Counted from the first letter of the stretch, positions 1 to 13,434 are shown. The stretch: 64,000 bases of DNA from Cladosporium halotolerans (GCF_011745625.1 NW_027191466.1:1-64000); one strand, 5' to 3'. The notes: generated from the letters alone by a model not told the origin. Numbers and translations: made by a program.

Positions 1-97
1 ACTGAATCTGATTATTCAGGTCCGAGCTCAATCAGGGACCTGATTGATTGATTACCTGATTGATTATCTGATTGAGAAAATCAAGATTCAAGATCTA
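1..97. mobile_element. Putative DNA-transposon end (hAT-like subterminal repeats), inserted in the histidine kinase gene
   Basis: AT-rich stretch with about 7 copies of (C)TGATT/AATCAG. On the minus strand it starts TAGATCTTGAATCTTGA, exactly where the kinase reading frame loses homology and stops. The other end and any transposase lie outside the window. Confidence 0.5.
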
Positions 98-1619
98 TGT
101 CCACCAGTCCACTTTGGTAGGAGCTCAGCCTAGTGTCCTGCATGAACTGCGCGGCCCCCATCACGCCGTGAATGGGGCTTCTTAATTCATGTGAGAAATT
201 GGAAAGAAAATCCGATTCCTTCTTTTGTGACAATATTCGAGCGACATCTTGGCTCAGAGAGCTGCTGATGGCATGTAAATCAGCGAGATCGATGTTGAGA
301 AGCGACCTCTCCGTATTGGCATTCCAGAGGAAACTTGCAGCCAAGATGCTGCCAGTTTGAGGGTGGTAGACCGGCAAAAAGACAATGTCTCTACTACGCG
401 CATCGTGTTCGTTAGGATCCAAGCCTGGCAGGTGAAGATAGTTGAGAAGCTCTTCATCGATAGCATCGCAGGACGTTTCATGCCTTAAAGCCGCATGCGA
501 TGCAGCAGGTGATTCTCGTATTGCTGAAGCGGCTGATTCCTCTCTTGAGGTACCAGCTAGCAAACGGAAAGCCGCACCACCTGGGTGCTTGGACGCCAGG
601 CGGCTCAACACAGCAATGGGCGGGCAACGTTGGAGCTTGTTTGGAAGGTTGATTTTCTCGCGTGATACGCTGGTGAGCAAAGCACTTGGAGCTTCTCCGT
701 CGGGATTCAGGTCATCGAAATTACTGATATCGACACGGTCGATTTCGCTGTCGGCAAGTCTGTCAATACCGACGGGCCCAAACATAGCTACGTTGTCAGC
801 GAGCAATGGATATCGCAGCGCTTTGGCGGTGTCACTGAAAGCTTTCGTGAGAGCTTGTTGCGTCGCGTGTGACCGCGCTGTTGGCGGAGATTTGTCGACG
901 GCGTCCAGACTATTTTCACTGTCCTGCAAGCTACCATTCAATACGTCCTCGGCATTTTGGTGATCTTCACTGGGCTTCTGCCTTCGTAGCGAGGGGTACT
1001 GGTGCTCGATGCTCGCAGAGATGGTGCGCAGAAGCTTAGATTTCCGTTCGCAGTCGGCCTTGGTCTTGAGTAACTCCAGATGTCCCGCTGCGCACGCTGC
1101 ATATTCTTTCAACTCTTCCACCTCTCCATCTGCCGGCTGCTCTCGTGGCACTGGATCTATAACGGCTAGCATGCCAATTTGATAGCCAGCATTTGTAACC
1201 ACGGGCACGGCAGCATAGAAGTGTACCCCGCCCTCTCTTGCGACAGCCACATCTTTCTCAAACCGATGATCTCGGCTACAGTCCTTCACCGCCAGCCCAG
1301 GACAAGGTGTTCTTTCACCTAATGAGTTTTCGCACAATGCATCCCCTCGTGGGATACGGGACTTGTTGGGCGGGGCATCCTTGGCGACGAGGTCCTCGGT
1401 GGCTTCGGCAAGGATGTATCGGTGCGAGTTATCGACGAGGGATATGGTTACTTGCTGGGCATTCCATCGCAATCTGACAAGATTAGCGATGACGAGCAGG
1501 CTCTTGTCTGCAGAGGCAGCTGTCTGTTCGTCTGTCCTAGGGCTCCGCTGGGTGGGCGATAAAGACTCGAGTACGGCGTGGACCTCGTGCTCGCGAGGTG
1601 AAAGTCGCGCCACATGCAT
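81..1619 (-). pseudogene. GAF-domain histidine kinase, C-terminally truncated (GAF + HisKA only)
   Basis: GAF motif VHFYAAVPVVTNAGYQIGMLAVIDPVPR and H-box FLSNFSHELRSPIHGVMG. The frame stops about 30 aa after the phospho-His, with no HATPase or receiver domain. Likely ATG at 1619 (the ORF track starts at a GTG at 1685). Confidence 0.75.
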
Positions 1620-2916
1620 TTCTGAGAAAATAGCACGCGGCGTGCACAGGCATGTGGTTGCGATTATTATGTCGCGGTGATGCACACACTTCCCGCCATG
1701 GCGTAGTGCGGGAGTCCTCGGAGCTGGCCCCGGGATCCTTCACCTTCTGATGACGTGGGATGCCTGCGCGGCCTGTCAGTCTGATGGGGTAAGAAAGCTG
1801 GCATGGCTCAAGGTTTGAGTGCGGACAGACACCGGCTACCGCGTACCTTACTTGTTCTTGCGCCCCGCGAAATGGACCAAACCTTATGTTACCATTTTGG
1901 TAGTGTACTTTCAAGACCATAATCTCTTTCGATGAGCCGAGCAGATTGTCGGATTACCGGATTAGTGCCGCAAGCATCTCTGGCATACTATCAGCATTCC
2001 GTCGTCTCCAATATCTTTTAATATCCTTTAGAACAAATGTTAACGCCTGGCGGCGCCCCTAGTTCACACCAACGTCCGCTCTGATACACATTTGGGTTGC
2101 GGGAATGGTCGGCCACCCATAACAACTACGTTTGCTAACAAGGCAAGCGATTTCGCAGTCACTAATCGCACACATTACTGTTTTATGTGATGGCCTTAAG
2201 GGGATTTGTTCACGCCCGGTTCCAGTCAGGCAATCACCATGCATGCTTGGTGACAGTGAGGCCCACCATCATGATGCCCTGGGAGATTATGGGCACCTCC
2301 GTAAGAACCGAGCTCAAAAATTCCAGCGGGTGATGTATGAAAGCCAAAAAATATGTTTTGCGTTTGAGCGTTCGTCCTTTACGCCACTTGAAGGCGGGAT
2401 GTAGTCGGCAGCGAGCGTCATTGACCTGAGGTTGTCAGAGAGGGACACGTAACTCAAGCCACAACCGCTTGGTGTTCAGAAAAGCCAATACTGACATGTA
2501 GGATCCGGTGTTTGGCAGGCTGGTAAGAACCAGGCAGACAGACTCAATTATCAGGATCTGATCGTTCTTAGTATTGAGGTGCGCAAAGCGCCTCGTTCTG
2601 GTCAGTGAATTTACGCGCGGTATGCTAGGGTTCCCGTGGCCCTTGTAATGTTGAGCTACAAGAGCTCTCTGAACTGCTTCTTTCAGCATGAGGACCTGTA
2701 GACCGCTCGTTGGTTTCTGTGGGCCACGGTACATGGTATGTTTGTTCAAGGCGACTGATGTCTTGGCATTCGTATGGCTTTGGCGTGTGTTTTACATAAC
2801 ATGGCTTCGGTGGCCATCGGACATTTGCGCTTCTCCTGTGCCGCAAACATCCACATCCTTGCCGTCTTGAATGCTCTCTCGTCTCGCGCCCTATTCTTCT
2901 CCTCGCTGTCCTGCTC

Positions 2917-3335
2917 TTAATCGTCGTAGCCTTGGGGTATCTGGCGAGGGCCCTTGGGGACTGTCGCGCATCAGCCAGTGTCCACTGTTCTCTTACCAGT
3001 CCGTTGACTCCTCGCTTCAGAAAGCAATAACCTTGCCGCCGTTTTGTGATTCGGTCTTCCGATGTGGAGGCATGCTTACCCGGGTATGTGAGAGGAATCT
3101 GCTGCCTGTTGGGGTCGCCGAAGCGTTCGCGGAGGGCAGGGACGACAGCCTGTGGACGACATCCTCAGTAACACATCCACCATGTTCGCATAGCTCTGTT
3201 GCTTTCCAGGATTTCTCATACCACAATCAGAGGACCGCAGCTGCCGATGGCCAGACTCCAGAGGATGGCAGGCTTGTTACGTGCGGCCCAGGTGATGTAC
3301 TGGCGCGGCGCGGCCCAGAAAGTGACGGGCGCCAT
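2917..3335 (-). CDS. NI9M: NADH:ubiquinone oxidoreductase 9.5 kDa subunit (NI9M/NDUFA3-like), 3 exons
   Basis: Manual splicing gives MAPVTFWAAPRQYITWAARNKPAILWSLAIGSCGPLIV-AVVPALRERFGDPNRQQIPLTYP-VPKGPRQIPQGYDD*. Introns are GTATGA..CAG and GTAAGC..CAG (3079-2961). Confidence 0.9.
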
Positions 3336-3645
3336 GTTGACTCGAATGTGCGGTATCGCTGCGTGTCGATGCGAAGAGGAGATGAGAGGTGGCGAGGTCG
3401 CGATGTGTGTTGGCGCGCAGGCCGGCGATGTGGTGTTGGTAGCGCCGTTCAAGCCGCGAGCTGCTCCCGCATCGCAGGGCTGAATGGCGTTCCAATGGCT
3501 GCGTAGAGCAACGGCAGGTTAGCCGGCGGCCAGCGAGCACTGGAGGCAGCCTCCACGTAGCTCCAACTTACGTAGCGGGCAGCATTGAGCCTCTCTCCGA
3601 CGACTGCTTCACGAGAGGTCGTCGCACTACATCTTACCAACCGCC

Positions 3646-5133
3646 ATGCGATCGATCTTCCTGGGCTTTCTCCTCGGCCTCATTGGCTTTGTCTCAGCGC
3701 TGTCGGCTGAGGGCAGCAACTTGCTCGTTGTCGTCGACGACGAGGCCGACAGAGGGAAGTATTCCACTTTCTGGGGCGATCTTCAATGTAAGGGTTCTAG
3801 CCATTCGGACAACCTCTGGACGACGGACTGATCCAGATTCATAGCGAGAGGCTTCCAGCTCACCTTCCGCGCCGCCAAAGACTCGTCGCTCGCCCTCTTC
3901 CAACATGGCGAACCCGCCTACTCACACCTCCTCCTCCTTCCCACGAAATCCAAGGGCCTTGGGCCGGCGCTGACTCCCAATCTGATCGTCGACTTTGTCA
4001 ATGCCGGATCGAATGTCCTCCTTGCCTTGTCGGGCGAGAGCGCCGTCCCCAGCGCAATCAGCAGCCTGCTCTCCCAGTTGGACATCATGCTTCCGCAAGA
4101 CAGGACAAGCTTGGTGGTAGATCACTTCAACTATGACACCAACAGCGCGAGCGAAAATCATGACGTGCTTCTTCTGCCGTCACCGAATTTTGTGCGCAAG
4201 GACGTCAAGAACTATTTTGGCGTCGAGGGTTTGGTGGCTTTGCCTCGGGCGGTTGGACAACTACTTGGAAATGCCAGCCCGCTACTCGCGCCCGTCCTGC
4301 GCGCTTCAAAAAACGCATACACTTACAACCCTAAAGATGACGCCGAAGGCGCCGAGGACCCTTTTGCCACGGGCAATCAGATCAGTCTTGTGAGCGCGTT
4401 TCAGGCCGTGAACAGCGCCCGCTTCTCTGTACTTGGCAGCAGCGAAGCTCTCGAGGACGCCTGGTTCGACGCTTCGGTCAAGCTTGCTAGCTCTGACAAG
4501 CCAGCCTCCAAGACCAGCAACCGCGCTTTCGCCCAAAAGCTCTCTGCCTGGACTTTCAAGGAAGCGGGCGTGCTGAAGGCTGGTCCGGTGACGCACTTCC
4601 TCAATGAAGGCGCTCAGAAGAACGCCGCCAACGGTACCTCCGATGTCGCCCTCGCCGGCATTGAAGTCAACCCCGGCATCTACCGCATCAAGAACGATGT
4701 CTACTACGCCATCGAACTCTCCGAATGGGCCGGCGATCACTGGAAGCCTTTCACCCCGGCTGCCGGTGACAATGTGCAACTCGAGTTCAGCATGCTGTCC
4801 CCCTTCCACCGCCTCAATCTCATCCCATCAAGCACCACATCAAACTCCACGGTCTACACACAGACCTTCAAGCTCCCCGATCAGCATGGCATCTTCAACT
4901 TCTTCGTTGAATACCGCCGCCCATTCCTTACCAACATCGAGGAGAAGCGCACTGTCACTGTACGCCACTTTGCGCATGACGAGTACCCTCGCAGCTACGT
5001 CATCACCGGCGCCTACCCCTGGATCAGTGGTATCTGGGTGACAATCGTTGGGTGGTTGTCTTTTGTGGCCTTGTGGCTGTACAGCAAGCCCAGTCAGCCC
5101 AAGGCGGATCTGAAGACCCAGAAGACGCTTTGA
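3646..5133 (+). CDS. WBP1: Oligosaccharyltransferase subunit Wbp1/OST48, 2 exons
   Basis: Signal peptide, intron 3788-3844, conserved QLEFSMLSPFHRLNL, FKLPDQHGIFNF and VRHFAHDEYPRS, C-terminal TM helix plus a Lys-containing tail. Confidence 0.95.
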
Positions 5134-5505
5134 TGTCGAGTCATCTCCTTGTAGTATGTATGATCACTGTGACTATGCTTTTGAGGATAGATGGAAATCA
5201 TAAAATGCGATGGTTTTTTCCATGCATATGAATGCCTTCATTTCTTTTTCCTCCCGCTCTCGCTTGTCCGGCTCAATCTGCATTTACCGAGCTCAGAGTT
5301 GCGACTCTATGGTGGCATGCGAGTCTCGTTATGTTATCTCGACTTGAAAATCTACTCACTTCGAAACAAAGTCGACGCCACGATCTCGACGCCCCAATTT
5401 TGCAACAAGGGAAATTCACTGCCCACCTCATTCACTACGCAGCAGTGTGTCTAAGACAACGCGCCTGTCTGCCTCCGTGATACCATATAAGACTCACACG
5501 ACAAC

Positions 5506-6378
5506 TTGTCGACAACATGTTCCAGCCAAGCACAACATCCACCGAGTTCTCCGAAACAACATGTTATGGCAACCCAAGCCCGCAGCTCGAGTACAAACAG
5601 CACTTCGACTTGGAGATGCCCAAAGAGAGACCGTCTACATCGCGACCGGGACAACTGTACTGAAACGCCACTTACCTCTCTCATTATCGGTTCTCCAGCA
5701 ACGCGCAGACGACTCAATGTCGAAGGCACTGGTGGCTCCATGCCGAGTAGTCCGATGTCGACAGAGCCAACTCCGTCTAGGCCTCAAGCCAACCCGCAAG
5801 GCGAGTCTATCCTCGAGAGGTTTCTGCCCTCTATACTAGATGACCGCAAAGTACGCACGCAATTGCCGTTTACCTCTCCGTCACCTCTGTCCGTAATTGA
5901 GCCGGCCTTTAATGCCCCTACCAGCAAGACATCAGCTTCTTTCGCCACCGTTCAGGAGTGCCCTCTATCCGAAGAACCGGCAATAACACCAGATCATCAG
6001 ATCAAGTGGTCCCAGAGCCCTTCTTGGATTTCCGAAACACCTCTCCCACAATCTACCCTCATTCCCCTCTTCCGGCTTACAGAAAGCAACTTGTCAGCTC
6101 TCAATCGCGCCAACGTCTCATCAGTGTCAGACTGCGTAGCCCACGCTCCTACGCCCTCAATCTCCTCGTCCGTAGAGGCCCGTCTCCACCGCCTCATCCT
6201 GCGCTCGCGTATTGGTGCACTGCAGTATCAGGCCTCCGCGTCACAGCTCGCGCTGGCAGAGCGAAGAGTAGCGACTGCCCTGGCGGGCGCTCAGGCCGAA
6301 GCCAAGAAGCGCAAATTCATGGAGAGGGTTTGCTTGATGATGATTTTGCTGAGTGTGGCTTATGTAGCTTGGTGCTAG
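5506..6378 (+). CDS. Hypothetical Ser/Pro-rich protein with C-terminal coiled coil and hydrophobic tail
   Basis: 290-aa ORF with no recognisable domain, ending in VCLMMILLSVAYVAWC. Start uncertain (5506 or 5566). Confidence 0.5.
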   Translation: MSTTCSSQAQHPPSSPKQHVMATQARSSSTNSTSTWRCPKRDRLHRDRDNCTETPLTSLIIGSPATRRRLNVEGTGGSMPSSPMSTEPTPSRPQANPQGESILERFLPSILDDRKVRTQLPFTSPSPLSVIEPAFNAPTSKTSASFATVQECPLSEEPAITPDHQIKWSQSPSWISETPLPQSTLIPLFRLTESNLSALNRANVSSVSDCVAHAPTPSISSSVEARLHRLILRSRIGALQYQASASQLALAERRVATALAGAQAEAKKRKFMERVCLMMILLSVAYVAWC

Positions 6379-6737
6379 TATTGGTCTGTGGAGATAGAGT
6401 TAATTAGGAAGAGGGCGCGAGAGAAGTTCGGCATTTGAGGATGGGATGGGAATATGACAGAGATAAGTGGAGGCAGGAAGGGATAGAGTCGAGATATGGC
6501 GAAGGATCGTTTCATCGAGACGATTATAAAGCTAATTCTGTTTTGCTTTCGATACCCTATTGACTAAGTGCAAGATAGTGTTTCATAGAACGAAGCACAT
6601 TCGGACAATTCCGGTGTGCTTGGGTTGCATGTCCTACTTTCGAGTGTCACGAGCATAGCAATGCTTCGAATCAAGTGTCATGATCCACATCGTTAAGAAG
6701 CACCTCACCATGATATAATCCGGCCCCCCCAGATTGA

Positions 6738-7265
6738 TCACATACCAACCTTGTAATGACAGAACTCTTCGTCAGGCCTGACGATCTCGAACGCAGCTAG
6801 ACCCACCCAACCACAAATTAGTTCAGCTCAGAATCACCATAAGCCACAATGTGGAATGCGAGCAGCCAGCCTCAAAGGAGACGAAGATGCAAGGTCGAGA
6901 GCACGAAATGAGGACTCACGGGGCTTCCTGTACATCGGCACAGTAATGCTTCTGTACTCGTCGTAATACTCCTTCTTCAACTGCACGTTCGAGAACCACT
7001 CCAGCGAGCAATTCCAGCCCTCGCTGAAGGACACAACGACCTCTCCTTTCCCATCATCTGCAGGCTTGCCGCCCGTCAGTGGATCGAAAGGCTCGACGAC
7101 GCCGAGGTTGAAGAAGACGCATTCAGACTCGCGGATAACAGCGTCGTAGGGTGGTTTGATGGCGGCGAGAAAAGCTGATAGATCAATGGCAAGGATAGTC
7201 ATGCGGACATTGAGGATGAAGGCCAGAGGGCGAATTTGTTTCAAATGCGCAGGAGAGTCTGTCAT
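6738..7265 (-). CDS. Small protein, possibly ABM (antibiotic biosynthesis monooxygenase)-like dimeric alpha/beta barrel, 2 exons
   Basis: ORF with the pattern FLAAIKPPYDAVIRESECVFFN...SFSEGW...VQLKKEYYDEYR. Intron GTGAGT..CTAAT..TAG, last exon AFEIVRPDEEFCHYKVGM*. Confidence 0.6.
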
Positions 7266-7744
7266 TTTTCTGGGCTTTGAAGGTTACGAATGGGCTTGAG
7301 ATTGGTATGGCGTTTTAATTTTGTGTTCGAAGCATTTAATGGGTTTGCGAGCTTATATAACACTCTCTGCAATGCAGGGAGACAGGTATGTGCCGAGCAA
7401 GAGTGCGAACGTTTCATCCCGGTTTGTCAGCAGGGGAGGTGAGATGCTCAGCCTCAGCTGATCGATTCATGCACGCAATCCATGCCCGTGCAATACCAAG
7501 CTAGCTGACGTAAGCGTGTAACATTCGATCATTTTCACTGTGGCACAAGCAGTTCACAGGACTGGTCAGGCGTGAAGATAGGACTGGCGACGCCTGTCGC
7601 GCAACTGCGTCTTACATACGTACGTAGGCTACACCAGGCACTTGATACACTTCATCAATCTACTTTCCACAACCGTCAAGCCGCTTCGCCTTTTCCGACA
7701 GGATGCTTTGTTTCTCAACCCTTGCAATATTGCCTCAAGCTTCC

Positions 7745-10706
7745 TTATTTCCATCCACTCAACCCCGCCCAAGGATCCGCTGCAGCGCCACTTTGTTGCT
7801 GCTGTCCTCGTCGCGGATCGTTCGCATAGCCGCCAGGGCCACTGGGATAGTTCGCGGCCTGCATGGCGCTGTAGTCCTGAGTTGGCGGCGGCCCAGGTGG
7901 TGGAGGAGGGGGTTGCCAGCCTGGTGGAACGCCCGCACCATACTGCTGGCCCTGGCCGTGCTGTGTCGTAATGGGTTGCGAGCCGTAGGGCTGTTGGTTG
8001 GGTGGTGGCGAGAAATATTGCTGGTGGGCGGGCGGAGAGACGGGACCGTAGGTCGATGGGTTGTAGTTAGGGTTTTGGGGCGTGTGGGTAGACTGGCGGA
8101 AAGTTCCAGCGAGGGAAGCTGAGCCTGGAGGTTGATAGCCTGTGAAGTTATTGGGAGATCGGAGCCCATTCTGGTACTGCGGTGTCGCGGGTGGGCTGGC
8201 GACAGGGTTATACATTGCTTGCACACCTTGCGATTGAATAGGTGGTGGTCGGTGGGCAGGCGCGGCGTGACTTGGGGAGTTTGACGACGGGTTTGGTGAA
8301 GGGTTCACGCTCATGCGTTCCATCAGCTCTTTGAGACGGGCCTGCTCTCGATCTGCGCCGCTTCCTTTCGCGGCTTCGATGGTATTAAGCAGCTGGCTGC
8401 CTTCGCTGCGTCGGTTCTCGACAAAGGACTGGACGTTCTTCTCCAGGCTTTCCGCCGTCTCTTTCATCTCCGTGTAGAATTGCCGAGCTCGCTCCAGGCC
8501 AGCATTAAGGTCGATGTAAGCTTGATAGATCTTACGGTAGCGACCGAGGACGGTATTTCGTTGGCGCGAGAATGCTTCGTACTTGTTCTGTTCGCCTCGC
8601 ACGCGCTTATCTTGCAGAAGGTCGCCGTATGTGCGGGTCAATTCCTTCATCACCGCGGACTGCTTGTGCATGGCCTGCAGAATGCGCGTCTGATGGGGCC
8701 GGAATTTCTCAAGTTCAGACTTGAACAGCTGTGTTTCTTGGCTGGTTGTCGCCTTTTTATTGAGGATGAGGACTTGGCTAATGTCGTCGGAGTGAATCTG
8801 TTCGTGGTCAGTGGTTACCTAAAAGTATTGCCGTTGGAGAAAGTACCTTGTCCTTGAGATCTTTCAACACCTGCTGCCTCTCCCTTTTGACAAGCTGCAA
8901 TTTTCGAAGAAGTTCCTCCACTCGCTCGATCTGATCAGAAACCGTCTGCTGCGAATCATCAACAAAGTCGTCATCCAGGAGATTGCCTTCCGTTGCCGGA
9001 CTCGACATATCTTTCTTCCCGGCGCCCGCTTTGATCATAGCTCGTTGGTACAAGACATCAGCCTCATCAGTCTCCCCAGCGGATCTCATCTCATCGAAAT
9101 CGGAATCAAATTGTCTGAATGTGTTGTAGAGCTGAGCATCGCTAGTTGACGCTTCTTCGACAGCAGATCTGTACGATCGGGCATCTGTGCGGAGGGTTGT
9201 CGTCAGTCGGCTAGACGGCTGCTGCGTCCACTCGCCACCGTACTTGCTTCGCATCTTTTCGCAAACTGATTCCTCCATGTCAAGTTGCTTCAACGAATTT
9301 TCCAGCGTCGACAGTATGCCTTGCTTGTCCTCTCGCAACCTCTCGAAAGTAGGGTCGAACGAGCTATGTCCGGCCAGCTCCGAGCACCAGCTCCGGAACT
9401 CCTCGTCTACGCCCATACTCTCTTGATCGGTGCCTCCCTTCAGAATGTTGAGGCTTCCAGGGAGTTTCAGATAGTCCAGCGAGGCAGCCAGCTCGTCGTC
9501 TGCGCCCTCAACGCGCTCGGTCTCTGCTCGCACTAGCTTCGCCTTCTCCTCATCATACAGACTCGCGCTTTCCGTGACGCTCATCGGGACGATGCGCTGG
9601 AAAATATCCGGACCGATGATCTTCTGAATATCCTGGCCTTGATAGAGCTCACTGACAGGGATCGCTTTCGCTGCGGGGAGTTTAGGTATGCTGGGGAGAT
9701 TGGCTTCCACAGGCACCGGCTGGTGGTAGATCATGTCGTTGTCTCTGTTGTACTCAGCGATTCGTTCCTGTATAGTCGCCATGTGTTTCTTGACAACTTC
9801 AACCAACACGGTCCCAGTCTCCGAGCTCAGATTGCTACTTGATGGAACACTGCTTGGGAAACTGTTGGCAAGCTTCTGTGCCTCTTTACTGGCGTTGAGT
9901 CCAGCCTGCAATCTGCAAATTGCTTGACCGTAATTGTTTGCTTCGTAATCCGCGACAGCCTGATAGTACTGTGCCAGGCTTGCCATGTGATGCTGCTTAA
10001 TCTGAACGGTGAGAAGCCAGACCCGCTCAAACACGGCTCGCGAGACATTATCCTGCGTTCCCTCCACGGCCTGCGCGTAGACATAAGCGGCCTGCGAAGC
10101 CAGCTTAGCGAGTAGACCCGGCTTCTTCCCGTCGGCGATTTGCTTCTCGATGAACACTTCCTGGCCCTGCGCTAGCATGATCCGAATGAGAGTCTGGACA
10201 GTCTCGCGGCTCAGGTCCGTGCTGGGAGCGTGCAGGAAGTTCTCATTGATGTATGTGAACATCCCCGCCGAGGCTTGGAAGGAGTGGTACGCGGTCTTTA
10301 GGCCGACATCCTCATGCCGGTTCTGATTCGCAGCGTGACATGATAGTACGGCCGAAATGTTGAAGATGATGCTTGCCTTCTCGTACGCGAGACTATACTG
10401 GCTCGTAGGCTTGTGTGTGAAGGCGTCAAACCACGTGAAGCTGATCTTGATGTGGTTTTCGTCAACCGGAAACCTTAGGTCCAGCAGCTCCAGCTGTCCG
10501 TAGTATCGGTACAACAGGTCCCTCCCGGCCGCGCTGTCCTTGCCGGCTCCTCGCATATCCTGCCGCAGGCGATTGAGCTGCGCACATTCTTCCGTGTATC
10601 TTTCCGGGTCATCACCGTAGGAGGTGCGGATGTGGTGCTTCAGGGGGCCAATCCAGTCGATCTCGTTTGTTTGCTTGAGCGGACTCGATATCATCGGAAT
10701 CTGCAT
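7745..10706 (-). CDS. BRO1: Vacuolar protein-sorting protein Bro1 (BRO1 + V domain + Pro-rich tail), 2 exons
   Basis: MQIPMISSPLKQTNEIDW...RDLLYRYYGQLELLDLRFP...SLAYEKASIIFNI. Intron ~8846-8798 joins the two ORFs. Alternative upstream ATG at 10754. Confidence 0.93.
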
Positions 10707-11802
10707 GTCGGCGGCTGACAGCTGCCGTGACAGCGTTGGGCGGACAGGTAGCATGGATGTGGACGCGGGCTCGGCGAGAAATGTATTGCTGAGTAGCAGT
10801 ATTCACTGCAGCGATGGTGTGGTACTGTTTAACCGCGGCCTGCTTATTGCCAAGCCATATCAGGCAGTCGGACAGGACGCTGGGAACGGGGGAAAGGTGG
10901 GGAGGCCGGCGAAAGAGTTGAGCGTGGACGTGGGTTCGCGAGGCGGAAGCAATGTGTATCTGTTCTTCCGTGGCAGCCTTGCAGCGACGGGCAGAGAGGC
11001 GATGGGCGGTGCACTGGCAGACGGGAAACGATACAGGATCGGCGGACAGCTGGGCGTGGGTGCAGGCGAGGGTTTGGTGACGATGCGGCTCGCTGTGACG
11101 ACGTGGGAGTGGGGCCACCCGACCTGCCGCCACTTCAAGAAACCACAACGTACTTTGCTCTATACTGTACGATCCCACAGTAGCTGCACGCGACCACGCC
11201 CATATCGCCAGCACCACGTCGCGCTGCGGCTGGCGCTTCCTTGCCCATTGACTTCTGGTGAGGACGTTCATGCCCACCGAGGCGCGGCCAATCGGTAGGC
11301 GACACCCAAACATCAGCCCAACCTTCCTAAGCGCCGGCGTCTACGTTGTCACTCTCCTCCACGGGCCTGGTTCAGCCCCGCCCACGACATATATCCCGCG
11401 CTCCGCTCCGACGCACTACCGGCATCATCGCTGCTCTGTCACAGTAGCGTTGGCGCCTGGACACCACCCAAAGTTGCTCTTCGCGCGTGGATCGAGGCGA
11501 AGACGCCAGACCAATGGACGAAATCGACTGAGTCGAGATTAACAGCTGTCAGCGCTAACTGTTCTACTATACAGGAGTGCCGCACACGGCTGCCGGTCTA
11601 CGTATGTACACAAGATTGAGCCGCCCCTCTGTTTTTCCTGGCCGAGTTGTTCCTCCGTTGGTGGAAACGCCAGTGTGAATGCAAATCGCGCGCTCGTAGG
11701 CAACTAATACATGACATTTCTCCTTCCTTGCTTCATCGTACACAATTCATCATCCTTTTCCTACCTCTTGATGTCCGATTCCCCTCTTGAAAAATGGATG
11801 CC

Positions 11803-13434
11803 TCAGTTGGAGCCGGAGCCAGAGCCAGATGACTTCTCATCGTCCTTCTTCGAAGATTGGTCGTTCTTGCTCTTTTCCTGGTCCTTGTGCTGGCCAGAAA
11901 CGTTGTGCCAGAGATTTTTCAAGAAGCCTTCGTCCTGGTGGTTGGTCTTACTGGCAGAGTCCTCGTCTGATGTGGTTTCCTTGTTGTACTGGCCGAGGTT
12001 CATGACGCGCTTTGCGCTCTTGTCGCCCATCTCATCCGCTAGCATTTCGATGATTGTCCGCTGGTTGACACTGAGATACTTGGGCATCTGCACCTTGAAC
12101 TCGACGCGCAAGTCGCCGTTGTTGCCTCGTCTGTTGCCTAGCTTCTTCATGCCCATTCCGGAGAGGGTAATCTTGTCGCCTGTGCCTGTGCCTGTGGCGA
12201 CCTTGACTTTGACTTCACCATCGAGCGTGGGGATCGGGATCTCGCCTCCAAGAACGGCGGTGGTGAGCGGGATCGAGGCGGTGTAGAGGACATCCGAGCC
12301 GTTGCGGGAGAATTTGCTGTCTGGTGCAACGCGGATGAAGACGTAGAGATCGCCCTTCTGTGTGCTCGCGCCGGGGTTGGACGCCTGTCCCGTAGGTGGG
12401 AAGTCTCCCTCGCCCATCACGCGGAGGCGCATACCGTCTTCCACACCGCCTGGAATGTCGACTGTGACTGTACGTCGGTCTCTTGTCGCTCCCTCGCCGT
12501 GACATGTGCCGCACTCAGCACCTCTGGGCGTGGCCACGCCCTGTCCGCCACAAGCACTGCACGTGCTGGCCATCTGGAAGCCGCCCTGCATCATGTGTAC
12601 CCTGGCGCCCGTGCCATCGCAAACCTTACACTTCGTCTTGGTTTGTCCCTTCTTCAATCCGCTGCCCGTGCATGTTTTGCATTGCGTCAAAGGCGTGATC
12701 GTGATATCTTTCTGCACGCCTTTCGCGGCATCCATGAACGAAATGTTCGTCTGCACCTCAATGTTCTCGCCAACCATGACCTCCTCCTGGAACGGGTTGC
12801 CTCCGGGCCTTCCCCTCCGTGCACCACCTCCGCCAAACGCATTGAAGAGGTCCTCGAAATTGAAATCCGCCCCAAAGCCACCTCCTCTCGCGCCTCCAAA
12901 TCCTCCGCCGAACGGACTCCCACCTCCGAACGGATTTCCGCCACCAAAACCACCAGGTCCTCCACCGCCCGAGTTACCACTCTGATCAAAGGCCGCGGAG
13001 CCATATTGGTCGTATTGCGCTTTCTTCGAAGAGTCCGACAGCAGCTCGTACGCACTCTGCGCCTCGCCGAACTTCTCCTTCGCCTTGGGGTCGCTGTTTG
13101 TATCCGGGTGGTACTTCTTCGCAAGACCATAGTATGCCTTCTTGATCTCGCCCGCCGAAGCGTTCTTCCCGACGCCCAGCGTAGCGTAAGGGTCTTTCAT
13201 TGCTAGAGACCGAGGAGAAGTGTGGAATGCCCGCCGTTGCGGCTGCTCAGGGTTCGACCGACTCCTGCACAGGGAATGGTGGCATTGTGAAGGCTGAGGG
13301 CGAGCCTGAGTTGTGAAATGACGGTGCTCTGCGGTGCGATCGTGGTGCCTCTGCGGGTTGGTCGTGCGGCTGGCGGCGAGGATGCGCAGCGGCTGCGCTG
13401 CTCGCGGGAGCAGCGCGGGAGAGGCCAGGCTCAT
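11803..13434 (-). CDS. MDJ1: Mitochondrial type I DnaJ chaperone Mdj1
   Basis: Arg-rich presequence ending RRAFHTS, J-domain with HPD, G/F region, four CxxCxGxG repeats, DnaJ C-terminal domain. Confidence 0.93.
   Translation of the reverse strand: MSLASPALLPRAAQPLRILAASRTTNPQRHHDRTAEHRHFTTQARPQPSQCHHSLCRSRSNPEQPQRRAFHTSPRSLAMKDPYATLGVGKNASAGEIKKAYYGLAKKYHPDTNSDPKAKEKFGEAQSAYELLSDSSKKAQYDQYGSAAFDQSGNSGGGGPGGFGGGNPFGGGSPFGGGFGGARGGGFGADFNFEDLFNAFGGGGARRGRPGGNPFQEEVMVGENIEVQTNISFMDAAKGVQKDITITPLTQCKTCTGSGLKKGQTKTKCKVCDGTGARVHMMQGGFQMASTCSACGGQGVATPRGAECGTCHGEGATRDRRTVTVDIPGGVEDGMRLRVMGEGDFPPTGQASNPGASTQKGDLYVFIRVAPDSKFSRNGSDVLYTASIPLTTAVLGGEIPIPTLDGEVKVKVATGTGTGDKITLSGMGMKKLGNRRGNNGDLRVEFKVQMPKYLSVNQRTIIEMLADEMGDKSAKRVMNLGQYNKETTSDEDSASKTNHQDEGFLKNLWHNVSGQHKDQEKSKNDQSSKKDDEKSSGSGSGSN

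Noticed and set aside
2871..3506. 211-aa plus-strand ORF and the many other antisense ORFs over real genes
   Set aside because: Shadow ORFs of GC-rich coding sequence (here NI9M) with no protein-like features.
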